Below, in pieces: positions 24,589 through 41,048 of a stretch of DNA of 64,000 nt (position 1 is its first letter; the number at the start of each line of letters is the position of its first letter). The notes under the pieces are model-generated. The model ran no database searches, was not told the DNA's origin, and saw nothing but the letters and a program-made list of their open reading frames with translations. The stretch lies in NCBI GenBank assembly GCA_027604505.1, contig JADIIX010000007.1:186001-250000 (forward strand), in the 5' to 3' direction. The stretch is from Gonapodya sp. JEL0774. Lineage: Eukaryota. The translations under genes were made by a program, and so were the position numbers.

Positions 24589-27500
24589 ATGGAGTCTTCG
24601 GTTGCGCAGGAGGCGTCGCCCCTGGAGAACTACGATGATGGACCGGATATTGATGTGGTCGATGAGGTGAGTACAGTGTTAAGACCTTTTGATGTCTCCA
24701 ATCATACGTTCAACTTCAGCCCCTATTTCAACGGTTTTCCCCTCTCAATTTCTAATTTCGCAACCTGCGGATCTGACTTAATGCCAATCTTAATATTGGG
24801 TCCAATGAAAGGTCGAGTTGCCAGTGACGTACACCCAAGGATCCCAAGATGATGACGGAGGTGAAGATATCCTTGCTTACCCAACCACCTTCAAACCTTC
24901 TGTTGCACAACCGCCCCATCACACAGACTACCAGGATGGTTCTTCTGGCTATGTGCCTGGCCCATCGGATACCCCAAGTCAATCCGCTCAGGCCGACTTG
25001 ATTCCCGACGCTGTCAGGAATTACCTCCACTCTCTCTGCAGATTCGTGTCAGAGCGCATGGTCTACGAACTTCACTATGCGTGCGTGATGCTGGCTGGTC
25101 GTAGACGGGTAGTCGCAACTTCAGGGGGGGGGATTGGTCACGCCTTTATGGGATTGAGTGTATAGGGATGGAGACTTACCACCACGCCACCACTTTCCAC
25201 CTTAGATATGAAACAGCCTTCAATCGCCTTACCGAGAAGTTCTACTCCAAAGAACGATGGCCTGACCCTGATGCTGTCGCGCAGATTACCGAGGGTGGTG
25301 AGTTCGTTGAAGTGGGCGCAGAGTGTGTACGGCTTGCACAGGAGAAGGCAAGAAGGGGAGTCGCTCATAGCAGTTCAACGGGCGTTGTGTGGGTGTGATG
25401 AGAGTCCTAAAACCACCCTCGAAAAATGTATTGCATTTGCTGTCCCACTAACTGGATTGCACCTCGGCGGATGTACACTTTACTCGCCCGCACTTGATGG
25501 AGCTCTTTCATGCGTGTTGATGTAAAATGTTAACCCTGGCGGGTTGTCTTTACGGAAAGACGCCGTTTTCCTCATTCTCTACCGAGAGCTCTACTACCGC
25601 CATGTGTACGCGAAACTTCAACCCACTCTCGAAGATCGACTTGCTTCTTACTACAACTACTGTGACTTGTTCAATTATGTGCTGAGTGCGTGGAAGGGCG
25701 ATCTTGAGGCGTTCAGTCGTCGAATATTGACCGTTCGTTTCATGGCGGTAGACTCTGGAGAGCCCGTGGACCTGGAACTACCAAACCAGTGGTTGGTGCG
25801 TTGCGTTCATTTCATTGAGCTGTTGTATCCTCCATCTCAACCATTGTGTACTATCACCACCAGTGGGACATAATCGACGAGTTCATCTACCAGTTCCAAT
25901 CCTTCTGCAACTTTCGGGCGAAAGTGAAAGCGCGTACTGATGGAGAAGTCACCACGCTCAAGGACAGACTTGATGTGCGTGACTTTTGCTTTTGGAGAAA
26001 ATTTCCTGTGCACACACACTCTCTCTTGGTAGGTGTGGAACATTCTCAATGTGTTGAATGTCCTTTACTCCTTGGTCCAAAAGTCAAAGATCAACGAACA
26101 GCTTATCGCAGGCAGGGAAGGAGGGGATGTTAAGTATGTTGGCGGGTTTTTTTAGTTTGTGGCATCGGCATTGCTGTATTTTTTGTTCCTGACATTTGTC
26201 CTCCCGTGCGCGACACGACGTTCGTCGGTCTCTTCGATGCGCAAATTTTACACTTTTTTTACAGCGCCACTGCCGGGGAAATCGGTGGCCGCCCATTATA
26301 CAAAATGCTTGGGTACTTTTCGCTTGTGGGACTTCTCAGAGTACATTGTTTACTTGGCGATTACGCACTCGCCCTGAAAACCATTGAAAATATTGAGCTG
26401 CACAGGAAGGTACGTCAATGAGTTTCCATAGTTCCCATTGTATCGTATCCTATGTCGCCTTTGCGTGATTGCAGGGTCTCTTCGCTCGCGTTACTGCATG
26501 CCACGTGACGACGTACTACTACGTAGGGTTCTGCTACCTTATGATGAGACGATACCTGGACGCAGTACGAGCGTTCTCGCACATCCTCATCTTTGTGAGC
26601 AGGACCAAGCAGTATCACACTAAGTCTTACCAGTTTGAAGTGGTGAGTTTGCTAGGGAAATTTATTCAAAAGAGGCTTGCTCTTTTGCGAAGTTAATTGG
26701 ATTGTGTAACTCCTGGGTTCACAGATATCCAAAAAATCTGATCAGATGCTTGCTCTCCTGGCCATGTGTGTCGCATTGTGCCCCACACGCATAGACGAGA
26801 ATATCCACACCAGTATGCGTGAGAAGCATGCGGACCATATCCTCAGGATGCAGTACAAAGGGTGCGTCGACTGTGGATTTATCCTCTGGCGTTCTTTCTT
26901 GCTCTCGTATCTTTGACGCTCTGCTTGTTTCATCAGGGATGACGGTATTCTGGTGTTTGAGGAGCTCTTTAACTTTTCCTGTCCCAAATTCATTTCGCCA
27001 GTCCCTCCTAACTACGATGTGGCTCTTAATGCGCAAAACGTTAGTTCACATCAGTAGTTACTAATGGTCCGTGAGAGCGTACTCTGAATCAGGTTATACC
27101 TCTCTTTCGCAAACCAAATCAAACAGGACCCCACCAACCACCAGCGTAAGGTCTTTCTGGCCGAAGTGCGCTCGCAGCTTATGGTTCCGACAATTCGGTC
27201 TTATTTGAAGCTTTACACGTCACTCGAGGTAGAAAAACTGTCCGCATTTCTGGAGGATCCTGACGCGGAAGCGTGCAGGTAAGTGGCGAGCAATTTTTAA
27301 ACGAGGTGTCTCATAATGCCCTCTCATGACTTCCGTTGTAGGAATCAACTCCTGCTCTATAAACATAAAACACGTCAGCGTAAATGGGATGCGGGGACTG
27401 TTCTGGAGGGAGATTACGCAAATACCATCCAAGATTTGGATTTCTACCTCAAGCAGGTGTGCTCCCATATAGTACAAGGTATCTCTTTGTCGTGACTTAA

Positions 27501-27633
27501 ACCATCCCACAATACCCAGGACATGATTCATGTCAGCGAGAATAAGTTAGTTCGTCGAACAGCAGACTACATAATCCGGAAGCTGGAAACAGTTGATAGG
27601 TTGTTGGCGCAGGCTACAAAGGGTGTAAAATAG
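24589..27633 (+). CDS. EIF3L: Translation initiation factor eIF3 subunit l
   Basis: [108 protein letters not shown]. Confidence 0.96.
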
Positions 27634-27641
27634 CAGCAAGA

Positions 27642-28466
27642 TACTGAAGTCTGACCTTTACGGGTTCTTTGAGTCTGACCCCATCCCACTGAAGTCTGAC
27701 CCAAATACATTGAATTCTGACCCACGTACTGAATTCTGACCTGAATACATTGAACTCATGACCTGAATACATTGAACTCCCAACCAAAACTATGATGTCT
27801 GACCCACACACGCTGAAGTCTGACCTTCGTGCACTGAAGGCGCTGATGACACCTCAAAGCCTGATCAACACACCCGAAAAATTGAAAGATAAGTAATAAT
27901 TCATGATATCATTTCTCTAAAATATTTTCCTCATCATGTAGTCTCAAAATCATGAAGGAGGTGCTCAGGTGGTATGTACATTAAACCGGTGTTTCTCCTC
28001 ACATTGGGAGGGGGGTTTCCTGGCTGTCAGTCCCTCATGTACGGAGGTCAGACTTCACTGTGCCAGGTCAGACCTCAGTGTGTTGGGTCAGAGCTTAGTG
28101 TACGTTGGTCAGACTTCAGTGTACATGATGCCCTGGTGAGACTTCGGTGTGCCGGGTCAGAGTTCCGTGTTCGTTGGTCAGAGTTCAGTGTACAACTGTT
28201 CGTAGGTCAGACTTCAGTGTGCTGGTTCAGAACTCAGTGTACGTTGGTCAGAGCTCAGTGTACGTAGGTCAGACTTCAGTGTGCCGGGTCCGAGTTCGGT
28301 GTGCGGGGTCAGCCGGCCGAGTTCACCGAGCTTCAGGATTTTTGGTTAGAGTTCAATGTATTTAGTTCAGAGTTCAGTACATGCATCAGAATTCAAAGTA
28401 TTTAGGTCAGACTTCAGTGGGTTGGGATCAGGCTCAAGAAAAACCATTGGGTCACACTTCAGTGTT
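27642..28466. mobile_element. Non-autonomous foldback/MITE-like element with long inverted arms built of ~20-21 bp subrepeats
   Basis: The left arm (~27642-27840) carries ~9 copies of (C)ACTGAAGTCTGACC. The right arm (~28046-28466) carries ~19 copies of GGTCAGACTTCAGTGT. The outer ~130 bp of each arm align as imperfect reverse complements around an AT-rich core. No transposase and no clear TSD. Confidence 0.7.
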
Positions 28467-29201
28467 TTCAAAAGTAGAAACACTGGTAACAAGACACGGG
28501 CTTAATGGCAGGTGGTGAGGGTGGGGTGGGGTGGCCATGGGTGGATGGGAGCGGGCTGGATCTGGGGTCATGGAGGTGTCATCGGGAAGTGAGGGTGGAG
28601 CATAGGAGATGGCCGGAAGGGAGGCAGGTGATGCGGTAGCCGGTGGAGGTGGGGGGTGTGTGATGTGGTAGAGAGACGCCAGAAAGTCCGCCGTCATCAG
28701 CTCCGGCGGCGGCTGGAGGGTGGGCACATTTGAGGGAGCTGGCACAGAGGCTGCAGTTGAGGTGGTGGGCGGAGGTGGAAGAGGAGAGACTGAGAGAGCG
28801 TATGGTGCGGTACCATGGTGAAGCGGTATTCGGCGTCGACCATTTGCCTTGTTTCACATGAAGGGAGGGCAGTGGGGGTTATGCTGGGTACGTGCACTGA
28901 GGACAGAGAACAAGACCAACGTGAGGAAGGCACAGAAAATCCAGTAGCTGACTCCTCGAACAGCACCCAGCAGTTTTCCACCCTTCAACAACCATCCTGG
29001 CTGCGTCTCCCATTTTCCAACCAGCTAGGACATGCGCAGCGGCGGTGCTGAGGCAGGCTCTCATTTGGCGGCCATATGTCACACATAATAGCTGCTATAC
29101 TACGATGAAAGTTGAATATAACAGCTGATGTCAACCATCAAATCCAAGCCGGTTATAATTGCCATTGCGGTGAGGTTCACATACAAAATTCACTCGACAA
29201 T

Positions 29202-32200
29202 TTACTCGCTCCAAGATAAATGATGCAACAAAAGGGATTGCCTCTGTTCCGAAGCATTGAGAATTGAACGGATAAAGGGGAGCATCAGACTGGGGCGCAA
29301 TTTGCACAATCGTTCAAACTCCGTAGTTTCAAGTTGCCAGAGTTCGCACGCATCATCGGCAACAAGGGTATACTGTCGAGGTTTCCCCGTAACCAATTCC
29401 ATATCGCCAGCAATTGTTCCTGAATAAACGACCGAATGTATGAGAACAACCGGACATGCTTGGACTTGCTATTCGCGCTCACCCGGAACCAATGTTTCAA
29501 CAATCGTGCTGCGGTTATTGACTTCTATAGTTGCCACGAGCTGGCCAGACTCCACGAAATAGAGACCACTGTTAGAGTCTGCGCCTTTCTGCCAGATGAC
29601 AGTGCCTTTCGGAAGCTTGGCAGGACGCAATCCTTGGCAGACGAATGCAATCGTTTCTTCCATTCCGCCAAACATAACCTCCGCAAACGTCTGAGTTAAC
29701 AGAGAAAAGGGTTGCTCAGTATGTATAGGCTGCGGACCTTTTATCGAAAGGACTTGCTGTGCCGCGTGCTCGAGGTGTGCACCTCGTGGGCTGAACGCGG
29801 TTGAAACCGTAACAGAAGGATTGGAGAGAGGGATTTCTGTTTTACATGTGCAAAGCAGAGTCCGTTTCTTCGATCAGCGAGTGGCATACAGCGTTCGGTA
29901 ACACTTACGTAGCGTGGAAGAGGTCGTCCGATGTGCTAATTGAAGCCCATAGAACGTTCGAAGTTGTATGTTTTCGCACCTAGAACCCCATGAAACGACA
30001 TGCAAGAAAAGGATAGAAAAGAAAAATGCAACTTACCATTCTAGTGCATTATTTAGTGTTCCAAAACTCTTCGTATGATCATCATCAGCCTCAAAAAGTC
30101 CGACTTTGTCCAGCTCCGTGACGCCTGCGATACCAAGTCCACAGACAACCAAGAATACACCGCGACTCCTGTAAAATCAATATTTAGGCACAATCTAAAA
30201 CCAATTGAGGGAGAGGCACGCACTGCAGTCGTCGTTTAATCTTCTGGAATGCTTCGCTCGCTGAATAATCCACACCGCTGACATAAGGAAGACAGAGAAT
30301 CCACAAAAAGGTTCTGACGGAAAACCTCGACTGGCTCGCATCTCACCTGACGATGCTAAAATCTATGACTAAAAATCGGGGCGGCCCGGTCGTTGAATTG
30401 TCGAGCAATTCCATTATTTGTCTTAGTTGTGTGTGTGGAACATTTTTATATGAGAACGAACGGAATCAGGGCTGGCATAGTCCTCACTCATCGAGCTGCT
30501 TCACTGTTCCGAAAAAAATACTCCCGTGAAGGCGCAGAATTCGGATTTGATAGCCCACATGATCGAGGAATAGTTGCTGACGATACAACCGGCTAAAACA
30601 TGGCACAATACAGGTGAGTCTTGATTAAAATCATGCATGGCACAATTACCAACTGGACAGTGGAGCGAAGTTCTACCCCAGTGCAAGAATTTCGAATGAC
30701 TGGTTTCTGCGAGTTGCTGCGAGGAAAGACCATCTGCATCTCTTCTGATCTACTTTTGTCACAATGGTGACCCCGAAAAAGTAACGCACCCAATGACAAA
30801 GAAGAGACAGGTCATCACGACTCCCAAAATCACTGAATTGCGTAGCCATAGAGTTATGCGTAAACTTTTGGAGGAGAGCTCCACAGGTAAGAGCTCACCT
30901 CCCTCCGTAAAGCCCAGAACACCCATCGAGATGACGATGCCTGACAGGCACTGTTACTAAATGTGGGCGACTCGGATCCCAAGACTCACTCACTGAGAAT
31001 TGTGAGGTACTCGTACAATCCAATTGCGTTCCATGTCTAGGTAATGCCATGTTTGGAGAAAGCAACACCTAATTGCATGAATGAATGAACTCACATCAAC
31101 CAGTGCCTCCTTCATCAAATCGATTCCCAAATGAAAAATCTGACAAACGATACTTGAACACAAGGGTAACAAGATTCATGGTATCAGAGAACCTACCAAA
31201 GATCCCTATTATAACGTAAGTTGTGGGATGAAAAGACTCAAAGCGGCGATAAATCCTGACCACCCACCACAACTAAGACCGGCACGTAATTGACAAGCCA
31301 ACTTCCAGCCACCATCACCAAAAACGTTGCCACCGCCAACATGAATGACGCGATCCTCGAATCACCCCCAGACCTGATGAACAGCACAGAATTACTATAA
31401 ACAAGATAATTCTGATCCAACAAGGAAATGAGCTGATTGGGTGGGAAAAACCATCTTGGTTTCTACCGACCTGAATGGTTCCGAAGCATGCAGCGGCGAG
31501 GTTGCTGAGCCCATGAGCCAGAAGTTCACGGTTGGTATCGATGTCCTCCCTGCCTGTGCTGACAGCTAGAGCAGGTACATTGATTGGCACATGCAGGAGA
31601 CCAAAAAAGGTGAGTGCAAGCAACGTTGGCACGCATGCAGCCACAGCCTCCCAATTGACTGCGGCAATATCGTAGTATGAATAAAAGTGATACCAGGGAA
31701 TACTGGAGTCAGTTGCCAAATTGAACAGCCAATGATTGTCCCGCAGAGTTTGAATGGGAATGTGTGCAGCGAATGTGATAGAGTAGAAGAAAATTGGTCT
31801 TGATTGTCCAGGCAGAGTATTAGTTCAAACAAGCTCCAAATCAAACATCAACATCACGTACACGAGAATGTAGAACACGGGGATAAAGAGGGGGTGATGT
31901 ATCTTACGATGTAAAACTTGCAGCAATGTCGTGACTCCCAGAGCACTCCCCCATAACATCATTGCATGCGGTTGAAATACACGCTCTAGGTACGAAAAAC
32001 TGAACTCGAAGTTGATATCAGCAGTGACTTCAATCCCCGTTTGCAGGAGGAAGAAACCGATTCCTCCGACAGTTCCAATGAGCAAATCTGTACAACCGCA
32101 CGCACAATCAAACCATGAAACAATCCCTTCGTCGCGACAACAACTCACGCCTCGGGAAAAAAGAGGTCACGTTCCCCAGGCGAAAAAGCCCCAGCGCGAC

Positions 32201-33514
32201 AAAAGCGAACCCTGTCATGAACGTCCCCAAAACATAGCTGATACAATTATGCGAACAGTTGTTAGCAGCGTCGCTTCGTCTAAAGTAGCTGCCAAACTCA
32301 CACCACCATAGTAGTGGCAATGATAGCGTGGTTTCGATCGTCCTCTGAGGTGGCTAAGGGAACAACACGTTTGATGGTGTTCACCAGGGCATACAAGAAG
32401 GGCATTATTTCGATCATCTGTGACTGAAACGGCAATTCGAATAAGCTTGAAGCTCAAAGTAATCAAGCTCATCTCCTCCAGAGAGAGTCGTACCCCGTTT
32501 CCCTGAAGGAGTCCTTGATGAGCGAGAGCACGGAAACAGCATGAATGATTCTGTAATTACCCCGGCAAATGCAGATGCACCCAATGTATAAACTAGTTGA
32601 GCAATGATCGTTCTGTCGGCAGTAGAGATATAGCCCTCTTTCGTGACACAGCAGATTCGTGACGCACTCACGTCACAAAAAATATTGATATACCTGCCGC
32701 CGACGCAGATTTTGGCTGCCACCAAAATAAGAGCCCTCATCAGATTCTAAAAACCCATAGCCATTCAGTTCGTCGAAAGCTCCCACCATTGTCGGATCAT
32801 TGGGGAATATTATCAAACCGTAGGACAAGGCGTCCAAAATATTCATCAGCACACCGAGTATGACTGCCGGTAGATATGTAGCTGGTAGCAGCAAGTTCTC
32901 AGTGGTTGTGTTCTCCCACGCAAGCAGGGCCAGCTCCCTGGGCCTGGGAATGCTCCATGGAACAGTCAGACGCTCAGTTGGAGTCCACAGAGGACGTGGT
33001 GAAGGCCAAGAATACTGCAGGGAATCTACTTTCGAGGAAATTGCTACATCATTTTCCGAAAGAAATTCGGGGACAGGAGACGACGGGGAGTCAAGAAGAC
33101 CTTCTCGCGAAGCTGTTTGGTGAGGGCTTGGCTGTGAGATAGAAAAACGGTCGGAGCCCCATGAAGATGAAGCGTCCGAGTGTTCGGATCCGAGCTGCCG
33201 AGCTAAGGGCATGCGGTTCATGAGCGAAAGCTCACGATAGCTGCACGATGAATTGATCGCACGACAGATTAACTAAATTCTGGAAAAATTGAGACGGCCA
33301 ATCCAATCGATTCGTCAACTTACGATAAGGAAAGAGTCATGGCTCTCACATCATCATCCTGGTGGGGTCGCTGTGGTGAATTCGTTCGTACTGATGAAGA
33401 GACATGCGAGCGGGTGTGTTTCCAAGAGCTCGGGATTAACGATGGTCGTCGAGATGCCCCAATTTCCGCCAAGAGAGGCTCGCCAAGGAGAGGTCGCCGC
33501 TCTTCTTCTTCCAT
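29202..33514 (-). CDS. SulP/SLC26 family transporter with STAS and cyclic-nucleotide-binding domains (Vsb1/YGR125W-like)
   Basis: YLPAVILGVLMNILDALSYGLIIFP; GTVGGIGFFLLQTG; ALTFFGLLHVPINVPAL; RELLAHGLSNL; QNYLVYSNSVLFIRSGG; STAS LRLHGSIFFG and FSIVSGVDYSA; cNMP LYFVESGQL..MELVTGKPR. Confidence 0.9.
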
Positions 33515-33990
33515 TTTCGCAGAGGTCAATGTGATATCACAATGAGGGATTGGGGGGAACTTTGGTCAATCTCCCTTGATATGCATGAAGCTGTGGGAAG
33601 AGATCACGACGGAAAATGCCGGGTTACCAATTTTGAACTATTTCTTCTGCGAAGCTCGCCTCATGCTGATGATAATACATGTAATATATACAGACTTAGT
33701 GTTGGAATTGGAAGGTATTCAAATCAGATTACAACAAATCAGCTGGATCGCCCATGCTTGTCATCCACTCATCCACTTCATAGTGCTGCCGAGGAGTGAA
33801 TAACGCGTTACTCAGCGTATGGTGCAGAACAAGAAGTCCTACGTGATTTGACCTGTTCGTGAAACCCTGTGACAATCGTTATGTACTCGAGTATGTCTTC
33901 ATTTGTGTGGCGCATTTATGGTTATGGTGCGTCGCAATTCCTTCTGCATTTTGAGATCCGGGGTTTCAAAACGACCAGTCTTCCAACATC

Positions 33991-36127
33991 CTAGCCGGGT
34001 GCAAGCCTCTGACGGAAGAGCCGCATCTCGTCAACAGTAGGGGGCTCCTGTGATGCCTGCGCGCTGTAATCTGAGATCAAGTTATCAATATCAGTGAGAC
34101 AGCTAGTAAAATCATCGTTTTCCAAATATTGGGTGTAATGATGCAAATTCGCCTGAGCGATGGGGTATCCCGAACTCAGTACTTTGTGAGAATGCTCGGA
34201 AAGATGTGTTGTGACTCAACCTTTCGCTTGTACAGCTTTAGGAATCTCTGCCGAAGGTCGGTGAAGTTATTTCGAATGCAGCAGTTATTTGCGAGTGTCA
34301 GAAGACTGTATGGCTGTCATATAATGTGGTCGAGGTCGAGGTGAAGACGAGAGGGGAACCGACACATGCAAAAAGGCTGTACTCCACCTGATTCAGGGGA
34401 GCTGCTGCGCATAAGCTAACTTTCCATCCGTCTGTATTCCACGGAGCGAACTTGAGAGTGGGCCTTAATCTGTGTTGGATCAGTAAAAGGCAGTGTGGAC
34501 CACCCCAATAAAAGGAATGGGAGGCACCTTGATATGCTACTGCGAATATCCGACATTTCGGCTTCACCACGAACAATGAGAGCACACCCCAGATATCTGT
34601 ATGCGGGTCAGTCGTTCGAAAAATGTGCTGATTTTGAGGAGGGGAACGCACGTCGAGTTTCGTGGATCAGCTTTCATGAGTTGAGTATCTCGGCCAAAGC
34701 AATCCAAGAACATCTGGCTTAATCTTTGTATCAAAGTATGACGTCAATATACTGCTGTGATGCCGAGTAAACTCAGCTGAACGTACTTTCTGGGAATTGT
34801 CTTCTTGTCCGCCAAAACGTACAAAGGTGCCATGCTGGATACCAGGTATCGCATCCTCGGAAATGGCACCAAATTGACGGCTAGTTCATTAATATCCATA
34901 TTGAGGCTGCCAGGAAATCGAGTCGAACTGGAGGGAAGAGTCAATTATAATCCATCCAGTCAACCAGTCACCAATCACCCTACCTGGTCACATTGATCAA
35001 GAGATTGGCAACAATATTGTTCATGGTGTCGAATGGTTTTGATTTCTTCAGCAAGCCTTCAACTGGTGAATCCGCTAAGGAGGTGCCTCTCCTCCGCTCT
35101 GTGCTTCTGTCATCAATCCTCGCACAAATATCAATGAGGGCTTGATTCTCGACGGGCAAAATGCAATCAGCACAGTTTGTTAACTTTGAAAGTGCAAGCA
35201 TGCTACGAAACCAGATTTATGAAATCTTGATTCTCGATGTATAGTGTACAATTTGTCGCTCACCTGTTGTATGGGGAGGTGACAACGTCATCGTCGGCGC
35301 TCGGCCAAACAACAGTAGAGAACTTGCTGGCATTCGGGTATTCCTCTTGAAGTAGTTCCACGATGGCAGTCCCAAGACCAGAACCCGTTCCGCCACCAAC
35401 GGAATTGAGGATGAACAAGGATTGGAGGGTGTCCACCATCTCCACTTCTTTCCGAAATGCATTGGAAAGACTCTCCCTGTATTTTTCTCCGTAGAGCTTG
35501 TAACCCATGGCCCTAGAAGGTACGTGGTTCTCTGCCTGGACACCTATCGACCACCGCAACTGTTTCTTACCAGTTGTTCCCAGACCCTGAGTTGCTTAAA
35601 ACTATTTGGCTCTCATCAAATAGTTCCCTTTGAGGACTTGCACGTATACTGTTTATCACGCGCTCTTCCATGTCAACCAAAACTGCCTGCCCAGGACGCA
35701 TTACGTTCTTTGGAGGCCAAGGACGATCGCGCATCGTCTTAGCTTACCCGAGCACGAAGCCCCCGAATCCTGGTTCTCCCATTTCCAACGGGAATATTAG
35801 CAGACCTATGAGGACGAGACTTGATCATTTGGATATTGTCCACGACCACTCCGACACACACTTCTCGTCGGCATGCCGAAAAAATGTCGCCAGAGATTCG
35901 TTATAGAAACCATCTTCATTGTATTTGGCATGCTCTTGCAGCACCATGTCCCAGAATCGCGAAGCAATCTGGGTTATGAACATCAAACGACCTCGTCAGA
36001 CACCGAAGTTTTAGAAACATAATATGGGGATCCTTGGAGATCCCTGATGATATTCTTCAACATAGACAATTCAAAGCACCTGATTCCCGCATTGTCCAAC
36101 ACTGACGACGACGGAGTTGAGACTCAT
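33991..36127 (-). CDS. TUBE1: Epsilon-tubulin
   Basis: [120 protein letters not shown]. These are epsilon-type signatures. Confidence 0.92.
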
Positions 36128-36241
36128 GGCTATACGAGACTTCATTGTATCATACTGTGCCACACGGCACTACATTTACAATGCAGTGGTGATTTCTGTC
36201 TAGTGGTCGGTACTGTCTCCGGTCGTCAGTGAAAATGCTTT

Positions 36242-39752
<3,511 letters not shown>

Positions 39753-40171
39753 CTCTTTTAGAAAGAGGTAGAGCTGAAGGAGCAGTCTGGACGTATCGGG
39801 ACACCAACTGGCGAGCGATGAGTGTGATGGGTTGGCTGAGGCCTGCTCAGTATCTAAGTACGGCACACAAGGGAACCTTCCAAAATGTAGCCCAAAGAAT
39901 TCAGAGCAGCAGCGTAGAATTCATCTCCCCCGCAAGGTTTCGATTGTATTCTTTGTCATCGCCATCTCCCGCGCCATAAACATTCGTTGGATCATAGCAG
40001 CTCCAATTGCAACCAAAATTAGTGCTTCAAAGTCATTTCTAATAGACATTGCCTCCCTTTATGCATGTGTAATTTTTGTAAGCGAAGAACTGGAGTGATC
40101 AGCACCCAAGGAGAGCCTGCTCACGGGGAACTCTACCTGAGGCAGAGATTTGGAGGGCAAGTTCAATATGC

Positions 40172-40922
40172 TCATCGTCCACGTCCTACAAAGCCAGTGT
40201 TTTAGTTACAACACCAATCTAGTAACTGGAGAGTGTGGCTCGCCGATCTCACCTCGACCAGCTCCGCCTCGACTACCTGCTGCTGCTCCGCGACCCGGAG
40301 CAGAAGATCCAGCAGATTGCGCTCTACGTTCCTTGTGCTGAGTCTCTTTGACCATGTCAATGATCTGGTTGAGGCCAGCGTGGTTAGACTGCTGTATGTA
40401 GGGACCCGTTGAAACGTAAAAGCGCATACCTCATCTGGTACACGGAGGTATTTGATACTGGATCCGCGGATGTAGCATTCGGGCAATCGCCAGAACTTCT
40501 CTCCGTCAGGTGATGTGAGAATGACTTCGCGCAGATTAATATTCATCCATGGCTGAATCGAATGATAAAAACGAGTGGATAATGAGGATGCCGATTGCGG
40601 ATGTGAAAGCTGCATAAATCACGCGCCGTCGACTGGTTCGATTGTGGTTCGAAGCTCACATCGCAGTTCACTAAGTGTCCATTGTAAGTCTCGCCGTTCT
40701 TCAGTTCCACAAGAATCGGGTGCCTTACAGCTGTTTGATGAGAAGCGATGGATGAAAAGCGATTTATCGCATTAGCGACTGTATTACAAACAGTGCAGAG
40801 TAGCGGGGCACCTCACCCGTATTCAGGAGCGAGAGCGGCAGCTGTTCGCATCAGGACGGGGTCCAAATAGGAAATCAGGAGAAGTTCTGCAAGTGTCCAC
40901 TTTGTAAGAAGAATCCCACCAT
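40172..40922 (-). CDS. LSM4: U6 snRNA-associated Sm-like protein LSm4
   Basis: [76 protein letters not shown]-rich tail ending RGRGR*. Confidence 0.95.
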
Positions 40923-41048
40923 ATTTGTCGTAAAGGAGGCAATTGAATTCGATATTATCGATTACGAGTCTCGGATGGTTTGCTGTGGTCACTTTATATT
41001 CAAGAAACCTGGTCTTGGGAACAACCTGTCTTTACAAATCACCTCACT

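Noticed and set aside
27974..28365. ORFs over the repeat array, and resemblance of GGTCAgAGTTCA to nuclear-receptor DR1 sites
   Set aside because: The ORFs are by-products of the repeats, and fungi lack nuclear receptors.
28046..28466. CRISPR-like array
   Set aside because: The units are contiguous ~20-bp degenerate repeats without unique 25-40 bp spacers, mirrored in an inverted arm. There are no cas genes and the context is eukaryotic.
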